DNA of 64,000 bases from an uncultured Acidimicrobiaceae bacterium (GTDB lineage Bacteria; Actinomycetota; Acidimicrobiia; Acidimicrobiales; RAAP-2): positions 2,013,290-2,077,289 of the forward strand of contig OY970319.1 of NCBI GenBank assembly GCA_963716515.1. The letters are read 5' to 3'. Numbering within the stretch: position 1 is the stretch's first letter; each line of letters begins with the position of its first letter. A program made the position numbers and the translations under genes. This document shows positions 57,643 to 64,000 of this stretch, in pieces. Under the pieces are notes generated by a model. It was given only the letters and a program-made list of their open reading frames with translations. It ran no database searches and was not told the origin of the DNA.

Positions 57643-58893
57643 GTGGCCATCCTTCGCCGAGTCCTCCTAGTCATCGCCACAATCGGGCTGAGCGCCTCTA
57701 ACGCGGCGTCTTCGGGTGCGGCGACGACTGGCCATTCGATCACGTGGGCGTCATTGGGAGTTGTCCGGCCCACGCTCATCCAGCCCGCGGGTTGGGGAAG
57801 CCCTATCGCCGCCGAGCCCCGCAGCTCGACCCTCGGTTGGTGTTCGCCGAAAGGCGTGGAGATTGCTCGAGGTGGCGAATCGCCAACTCTCGTCTCAGTG
57901 AGCTCCGTCGGCCGGTTACTCCAGAGTTCCCACCTTGGACTGCATGATTCACCAGAGAGCTTGAAGATCGCCGTAACGTGCGAGGACGTCGCGCTGAACC
58001 CAAGCCATCCGAAGACCGTTTACGCCGGATTCGAAGCGAGTCGGGGTGGATCGATTCCTCCGGTCTACAACGTCGCGCTTGTAAGTTCGAACTTCGGTAA
58101 GAGCTGGCGATTCATACCTCCCCCGCGTGCTTACCCGCTGACGGCCTTTGCCGGCTTCATCGAGCGTCCGGGCGGAGTCGAGGTGCTCTATTCGCGCAAA
58201 ATCTTCTTCCCAATGAAGCCGGGTCAATCGGCCACGATCGTTGCCGCGACATCACCAACGGGTGGACAGTCCTGGATGGACACGCACTTGGGTTGCTCAG
58301 CAAATGGGACCTGTGTGATCTTCGGCCCGCAGGCCCCGCAGGGAGCGTGTGGGATGTCAGAGTGGCAGCAGTCAGTACTTGTCATTGCGACTGGACAGGG
58401 AACGAAGACAGCACGATGGCGTTCAGCCGGTGCAGTCAAGTCGGTGAGCCAATGCGGCAGTCAGCAGCTTGTCGCCACGACTTCAGGAGACGAATTCCTT
58501 GTCGATCGCAGCAGAGCCAACGCCCTCATCTTCACACGCGATGGAATCCACTGGACAACGGTCTCACTACCAAAGATGAACGGAGTGCCTGTCGGAGGGC
58601 AATTCGCTCCGTTCGGCGAGGTAATGACGATCGCAGCCGACGGGACTCTCGTCGCGGTATCCGGATCCGCGCTTCAGACGGCCGAGCACCTTGTTATCCT
58701 CAAGCCCGGATCGAACTCCTGGTGCGCCGCAACCGCAGCCCTTCCAGCAGCGACGATGCACGATCCAGTTGCCGCCATTCAGTCCAGCAAGTCGACGTTG
58801 GTGGTGGCATTCCTAACGCCAATCGCAACGACTCACGGAAAGAAGTCAATTGCCCTAACCTTCCCGCTCTCAACATTGAGATGTCGAAATTGA
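57643..58893 (+). CDS. Secreted protein with Asp-box/BNR-like repeats (probable beta-propeller)
   Basis: Signal peptide; SSNFGKSW, SPTGGQSW, TRDGIHW motifs; several paired Cys. Confidence 0.65.
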   Translation: MAILRRVLLVIATIGLSASNAASSGAATTGHSITWASLGVVRPTLIQPAGWGSPIAAEPRSSTLGWCSPKGVEIARGGESPTLVSVSSVGRLLQSSHLGLHDSPESLKIAVTCEDVALNPSHPKTVYAGFEASRGGSIPPVYNVALVSSNFGKSWRFIPPPRAYPLTAFAGFIERPGGVEVLYSRKIFFPMKPGQSATIVAATSPTGGQSWMDTHLGCSANGTCVIFGPQAPQGACGMSEWQQSVLVIATGQGTKTARWRSAGAVKSVSQCGSQQLVATTSGDEFLVDRSRANALIFTRDGIHWTTVSLPKMNGVPVGGQFAPFGEVMTIAADGTLVAVSGSALQTAEHLVILKPGSNSWCAATAALPAATMHDPVAAIQSSKSTLVVAFLTPIATTHGKKSIALTFPLSTLRCRN

Positions 58894-58909
58894 CTTCGAA
58901 AGTGCATCT

Positions 58910-59998
58910 CTAATTCTCTTGGTCGCGAATCATGGCCTCTAGCGCTTCCGACAAGCGCCGATCCCGATCTCTCGAAGCGTGCTGATACCGCAGTGCCGCG
59001 GGTGATGAGGCGTGGCCCGCTCGGTGCATCAATTCGGCGGTGGTGGCTCCTGTAGCAGCCGCAAGCGTCAAACCTGTGTGACGCATGTCGTGTAGCCGTA
59101 GATCAGGTCGGCCGATAGCGAGTCGCGCTCTTTCCCACGATCCTTGGAGGGCGTCCCTGGACAGGTTTGAGTCTCCTCTCCCGACTACTACAAGGGCTTC
59201 CGGTTCAGGCGGAGTGAATGTTTCAAGATGTTGGATGAGCGCGTTCATAACGGGTCGAGGAACTGAGATTGTCCGTCGACCGGCGTTCGATTTAGGGAGC
59301 TTCACAATTGGCTTGCCATCCATGGCGAATGTGCGGCTTTGGAGAATGTGGATCACACCCTGTTTGAGATCAATGTCCATCTTCCGCAGACCGAGAATCT
59401 CTCCCCGTCGCAACTGACACCATGTGGCCAGCAGAACAACGATTCGGAGATGTTCTGGCATCGCCCGAGTCAGCAAGTCGACCTCGTCGACGGAAGCAAT
59501 CGGCCTCTCAGCTGCATGCTCGGTGCCGGCTCCTTCCACCTTGCAAGGAGATGTCGAGATGAAGCCGTCGGCAACGGCCGTTCGCATAATGGAAGACAAA
59601 AGTCGATATGCCTTCGACGCCGTGGGGGGATGATCCTTCGCAATGTTTGCATGCCAGGAACGGATTTTGGTCGGACTGAGTTCAGCCAGCGTCAAGGCGC
59701 CAAGATCTGAAAGTACGTGCTTATCCAGAACGTGCCGGTAAAGTTCCACGGTTCGCTCCGCCAAATCAGTTCGTTGACTCAGCCACTCGTTGGCGTAGTC
59801 ACGAAGTGTCCCCTGACCTCCTCGAGGGTCAATCCACTTACCTCGTCGCAGATCCGTCTCCATCGCGGAGAGACACGCCTGGGCGTCAGCTTTCGTTGCG
59901 AATGTGCCCGCGGATTGGACACGTTCGTCTTGCCAATAGAGAGCCTGCCAGCGACCCGATGGACGCTTCCTGACCGATCCGAAGTGTCGCCGAGTCAT
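58910..59998 (-). CDS. int: Tyrosine recombinase/integrase
   Basis: Arm-binding N-terminus FGSVRKRPSGRWQA, FATKADAQ; catalytic R (LRRGEILGL), K (PKSNAG), HDMRH, AGH, RYQH. The frame is open to 60178, but ATG 59998 fits the family N-terminus. Confidence 0.95.
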   Translation of the reverse strand: MTRRHFGSVRKRPSGRWQALYWQDERVQSAGTFATKADAQACLSAMETDLRRGKWIDPRGGQGTLRDYANEWLSQRTDLAERTVELYRHVLDKHVLSDLGALTLAELSPTKIRSWHANIAKDHPPTASKAYRLLSSIMRTAVADGFISTSPCKVEGAGTEHAAERPIASVDEVDLLTRAMPEHLRIVVLLATWCQLRRGEILGLRKMDIDLKQGVIHILQSRTFAMDGKPIVKLPKSNAGRRTISVPRPVMNALIQHLETFTPPEPEALVVVGRGDSNLSRDALQGSWERARLAIGRPDLRLHDMRHTGLTLAAATGATTAELMHRAGHASSPAALRYQHASRDRDRRLSEALEAMIRDQEN

Positions 59999-60489
59999 CG
60001 AGTTTGGGTTCCTGTCTAGATAGCCATTGACAACGGTCGTGTGGATCTCGAAGTCATTCAAGAAGGTCTGTTCGACGACATGATCTGCTTCCCCAGGACT
60101 CGCAGCTCGATCCAATCCGCGTTGATTCCAGTGCGCATTTCCGTTTCTGCGAATCGATGCGATATCCAGCCACTGCATACTTCAAAAATCCGCAGTCAAT
60201 TGGCAATTTCATAGTGCTCCCCCATGAAGATCGAATATTTGGCCCCCTATAAGACAGCCACACAAATTTCCGCGTTTTCGAACAGAAACTTTGTGAGCGC
60301 ATTCAAATATCTTCAGGAATTGCGAAATGTGCACTGATTTTGATGATCACCCAGGTTGCCCGTACGGACGGCTTTGGCGCTTCGCGCCCGCCGTCCTCGG
60401 GCTATTGGACCTAGCAAGACCAAAGGCCAAGGGAAAGAAGCGTGATGAACTCACATATACGTCAATCAAGAGGGATACTTCTTCGCCCT

Positions 60490-62286
60490 TTAGTTGGGCG
60501 GCCCGTGCAGGTCGCCCGGATCGATCCCGAAACCTTCAGCCATGTCCCGGAACTCATCCGGCCACCATGCATCAAGTCGCTTCGGGCGTCTGAGTTCGAT
60601 ACCTTGTCGAAGGACCAAGTGGTCAAAGCCCAGTCCTGCATCGCCAAGGTCGATACCCCGGAGGATGACGTCAGCCACCGAATGACCCAGTTCGGCCAGA
60701 GACTCCATCGCCTCGACGCCTTTGATGTCAAGCACCATCAGCGACTTCACCCGCCCTTGCTGGAGTAGACCCTTGGCCCTCAACTGGCGCCAGATGACAG
60801 ACGAGGATGACACATTCCACGGGAAACCGCTTGTTGCGACGACGATCGGAATAACCGGGCGCCCGAATGAGGTCGGACCGAGCATCGACTCTTCGCTCTC
60901 AAGCAACGCTGTTGCGGATTGGTCCAATTGATCCGCTTTGCTAATGACCATCGTCTGGATCTCCTCGTCCACTGCAGCAAGTGAGACGCCGGAAACCGCC
61001 AATTCATTCAGGGGGTGCGAAATTACTTCGATGAGCAAGATGGCGCTTCCTCCGTCGACGAGGAAGTCGCACCGTCGTCCGCTCCAGAGCTCCTTCAACT
61101 CTTCGTCCGTCCAAACGCGCCGCGACAGGAGCGGCGAGCTGGGGAACGTCGCCTCGATTGACATGCCGACTAGGCGCTCGTGCGCACTGCCTCGAAACGT
61201 CCGGAACCGCTGACGGTCGTCCTTGTCAGAGTAAGACCAGACCACCCGCAGGTCGTAGTCAAAGTCGAAGATGTGGTCGACCAGAAAGCGCGGGTGCATC
61301 ACGAGATATCGGCCGTCACTGAGACGCAATACTGGAAATTGCCGGAACGCGTTAAACGCCCAACTCTTCAGTTCTTCAGGCAAGGCACCGAGCCGCTGGT
61401 GCTCTGCAAAAATCTCCTTCTTCATAGTCGCTGCATCTGCGGCGAAAGTGTCGATTGCAGCGAGTCGCTCCGCCTCCGGGATCAGCGCGTTGTAGCCGAA
61501 GTTCTCCGCCAGGAGTGACCCAGTCTGACTTCCCGCCCAGAATGAGGAAGCGATCACCCGCGCCGTCTTCGGCGACGTCCCGGTCAGTGCGCGATACACC
61601 TCGTCATACATCGCCGACTTTTCAGGATCATCCTCCTTGCGAAGTTGTTCGAGCTCTCGGAGTCGGGCGATTTGGGCCGCGTCATCGTCGTTCGCGTTGA
61701 GATTGTGATTTGCGAACATGTAGACGAAGAGGTCCGATGGATGCTCCCAATAAGGCCCTTCCTCGAGCATGTCCCGCTCAAGGTGGCTCGCCATGGCAAC
61801 CCCGTAGATCAAGATCGACGACAGCGGCATCTCGCTTTGCTGGGCCTCGGAGGGCTCATGGCGAATCAACACGATTTTCGCCAAGTTGAGCATTACTTGG
61901 GGCGCCGTCAGCACTCGCTCGGTAACGGGATCCGACGCCGGGATCGCATGAAAACGCTGTTGTAGCCCCGGAGGAAGCAAGGTCAGAAGCTCCCTCTCTC
62001 CAGCCTTCATCCCGCCCGAATGACGGAATAGCAGATGCATGATCTGAGCGATCGCGATGAGTACCGCGTCGAGCGTGTAATTACTCAGGCCCTCAGTTAT
62101 CTCGTCAATCGTGAACGACCGTCCAAGAAGCTCTTCGCTCGTCACGAACACAGCTATCGTGCCTTCGAGCGCGAACGACGTCGGTCGAATCGGAGCGGAG
62201 AGTCCCAATTCGGAGACGGGCCAGTTAATCTGACCGGCCTGCATCGCAGCCACGAGCTCAGCGAATGGGTCGCTGGACTGCGTCAT
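60490..62286 (-). CDS. Large hypothetical protein with C-terminal PD-(D/E)xK/NERD-like nuclease domain
   Basis: Helical N-terminus, F.QFPVL...GRYLV.HPRFL, then RGSAHERLV / CDFLVDGGSAILLIEV / KADQL; motif-based only. Confidence 0.55.
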   Translation of the reverse strand: MTQSSDPFAELVAAMQAGQINWPVSELGLSAPIRPTSFALEGTIAVFVTSEELLGRSFTIDEITEGLSNYTLDAVLIAIAQIMHLLFRHSGGMKAGERELLTLLPPGLQQRFHAIPASDPVTERVLTAPQVMLNLAKIVLIRHEPSEAQQSEMPLSSILIYGVAMASHLERDMLEEGPYWEHPSDLFVYMFANHNLNANDDDAAQIARLRELEQLRKEDDPEKSAMYDEVYRALTGTSPKTARVIASSFWAGSQTGSLLAENFGYNALIPEAERLAAIDTFAADAATMKKEIFAEHQRLGALPEELKSWAFNAFRQFPVLRLSDGRYLVMHPRFLVDHIFDFDYDLRVVWSYSDKDDRQRFRTFRGSAHERLVGMSIEATFPSSPLLSRRVWTDEELKELWSGRRCDFLVDGGSAILLIEVISHPLNELAVSGVSLAAVDEEIQTMVISKADQLDQSATALLESEESMLGPTSFGRPVIPIVVATSGFPWNVSSSSVIWRQLRAKGLLQQGRVKSLMVLDIKGVEAMESLAELGHSVADVILRGIDLGDAGLGFDHLVLRQGIELRRPKRLDAWWPDEFRDMAEGFGIDPGDLHGPPN

Positions 62287-62406
62287 CGGACCATGACGCC
62301 GCGTAGCAGTTCGAAATTACGATCGTCCACACGCAAGTTCACATGATTGAAAATGTCGCAGAGCAACACCGCATCGCGGCAGAGATGATGATTGCTCTTC
62401 GCGGAG

Positions 62407-62958
62407 TCACTCACCTGGGTTCGCCGTCTCATTTAAAAAATCCTTCAGCTCGTCAATGGATCCCTCCAAGTGAATCGTGCTCCAGAGATACGAAGTCGTT
62501 AGAAGGTGAGTTGGTGTCGCATTGTTGAATCGGTCGCCGAAGGGCACGATCCGGGCTTCCAGCTTTCGCATCAGAGCGAGTCGAGCGAGAGCTTCGGGGT
62601 CGTGCAATCCTGGTGTGAACGGCGGATGCCCCGGTTGCTGTTGAGCTATTTGTTCGTTGAATACCTCACGCATGTTGAGGACTATGTCCAACACCGATTC
62701 AATCCGTCGAAGTCGTGCGTCTTGAGCAGCCAGGGCTGCGGCCCGTTCAGATGCCACCACCGACCTTTCGGTCGCTTCCGCCGCGCGACTTGACGAGTTT
62801 GCCGACGCCTCCGTCGCTTTGGCGGCAACTTCGGCGGCCTTTGCCGACTCCTCAGACGCCTTCGCCGATCGCTCACCCAGCTTGATGGAACGGTAACCAA
62901 TGATGACGACCGCGATGAAACTCAGGCTTGAGACGATCAATGCAGCCAGATTCATCAC
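62407..62958 (-). CDS. Hypothetical membrane protein with Ala/Ser/Glu-rich coiled coil
   Basis: N-terminal TM (LAALIVSSLSFIAVVIIGY), then SAKASEESAKAAEVAAKATEAS... and a soluble tail. Confidence 0.65.
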   Translation of the reverse strand: MMNLAALIVSSLSFIAVVIIGYRSIKLGERSAKASEESAKAAEVAAKATEASANSSSRAAEATERSVVASERAAALAAQDARLRRIESVLDIVLNMREVFNEQIAQQQPGHPPFTPGLHDPEALARLALMRKLEARIVPFGDRFNNATPTHLLTTSYLWSTIHLEGSIDELKDFLNETANPGE

Positions 62959-63119
62959 GAAAGTATTGCACTACGATGTGCCGCGCTACTTAGACCGTGC
63001 TCGTTGGTCATCGGTCCTCTGGCGATTGAGTCAGCGCCTCAGTGTTCAATCAAGCACATGGACTGTCGGAATAGGCTCTTCGAATATTGTTGGATTCCTA
63101 TCGCGGTCCGCGACTTGCC

Positions 63120-63755
63120 TCACGTTATTAGAAACCAGTTGTCCATATCGCCAAGTGGCGATTCGGAGAGGTCCTTGACGATTGCTTCGACAGCGACCTT
63201 CTTCGAGCTCCGCTCACTTAAGAAAAACGTCACCTGATACAAGGCTTGCTCTTCGAGATTCACCTGGAGCCAAAGATACAGATCTGGGACGTACCTGTCC
63301 ACGAGCGAGTTCTTGTACGCGTCCGTTTTGTAGAAATCCGGAGGCAAGAGGGTCCCGTCGAAATGCAACATCCCTCCTTTTAGGGCGTCAGCAAAGTTGC
63401 TCCAGTTCATTTGAAAATGTGTCGAAGCAAAAGTGACTACCCACGGTTTCGAATGCAGTGGGTCGTGCGCTAGAAATTGCTTATTTGCGGTGTGAATGAA
63501 ACGCAGAAGCTTTGAGTTGGTTGTCTTAAATAAAAACATTCCTGTGTTCATATCGAGATGAAGTTCCGGTGACTTGAATTCGTTCAAGTAAAGTTCTTCA
63601 CGTATCTTCAATTCATAGTCCGGAGTTTTTGAAGTACCTTCGGGAATCCTCGAAGCGGCAATCCCTCGCTCAACGAGGTAGCGCTCATACATAGCGAAAT
63701 GTTGATTCTGGGAGAGTGAAGCCACTGCACCATTTTGCCTGCTGAGCACCTTCAT
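63120..63755 (-). CDS. Hypothetical protein, PD-(D/E)xK nuclease-like
   Basis: KTPDYELKIREELYLNEFKS (PD-x12-E-x-K) followed by IHTANKQF; the start may be M22 (63692). Confidence 0.55.
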   Translation of the reverse strand: MKVLSRQNGAVASLSQNQHFAMYERYLVERGIAASRIPEGTSKTPDYELKIREELYLNEFKSPELHLDMNTGMFLFKTTNSKLLRFIHTANKQFLAHDPLHSKPWVVTFASTHFQMNWSNFADALKGGMLHFDGTLLPPDFYKTDAYKNSLVDRYVPDLYLWLQVNLEEQALYQVTFFLSERSSKKVAVEAIVKDLSESPLGDMDNWFLIT

Positions 63756-64000
63756 GCGTTGCCGAAAAGTTCATCACGCCGTAAATCTGATGAGCAAACG
63801 GATCATTGTGAACGCTCATGAAGGGTTATCGAGCCAATGGCGCACAAGGTCATCATTTCAGCAGTGACTTCAGCCTCGAATGAATTAGATAATTGATCCC
63901 ATGGCGGAGACGACAATGCCCACCATGACCAAAGGTGCCGCCACCAACATTCACGGTTCTGCTGGTTCGCTATAGGTCAACCTCATTCAAGTCGACGATT

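Larger units (their letters stand above)
57405..64000. mobile_element. Integrative element (genomic island) at the tRNA-Glu 3' end; distal end outside the window
   Basis: Abrupt drop in GC and change in codon style after the tRNA, att-arm-like repeat arrays, intact tyrosine integrase, non-core cargo genes. Confidence 0.78.

Noticed and set aside
59999-60330. Excisionase or regulator expected upstream of the integrase
   Set aside because: No HTH-like ORF found; only a doubtful 60-codon in-frame extension and short non-protein-like ORFs.
63885-63950. 21-aa hydrophobic minus-strand ORF (MLVAAPLVMVGIVVSAMGSII), type I toxin-like
   Set aside because: No RBS or antitoxin evidence, and it sits at the window edge; it could be a gene remnant or chance.

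Overview
High-GC actinobacterial chromosome segment, most likely Acidimicrobiia (inferred from gene content and sequence style, not from a search). 1-9 kb is a patch of small accessory enzymes, including five VOC/glyoxalase genes. About 9-57 kb is mostly core genome: groEL with CIRCE, a SAM-riboswitch-controlled thrC-like/MoaD-like pair, gpgS, rlmB-ispF-ispD-carD-radA-clpC, lysS-coaX-panC, the folate operon, hpt-tilS, pgeF-murL-murD2, holB-tmk-topA, a KimA-like K+ transporter with two TrkA genes, a group-2 sigma factor, nadE, a glnII-glnA2-glnR nitrogen cluster, Fe-S delivery genes, DUF929-VKOR, whiB and four tRNAs. The nitrogen cluster carries about a dozen single-base indels, probably a local sequencing artefact. 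There are two lower-GC insertions at tRNA 3' ends. One is a secreted InlB-repeat/OmpA-like gene after tRNA-Thr(TGT). The other is a tyrosine-integrase element after tRNA-Glu that runs off the right edge. Best leads: (1) the integrated element's two divergent PD-(D/E)xK-like nucleases flanking a membrane coiled-coil protein, a candidate new defence module; (2) a Cys-to-Ser DSP/PTP-fold protein coupled between folP and folB; (3) the riboswitch-gated ThrC/sulfur-carrier route to homocysteine; (4) pgeF fused into a murL-murD2 operon; (5) DUF929 as a VKOR partner; (6) a KimA-OB-fold fusion; (7) a GSII with a histone-like tail. No CRISPR array or rRNA was seen. Several starts were shortened relative to the supplied ORF track using RBS or leaderless -10 evidence.
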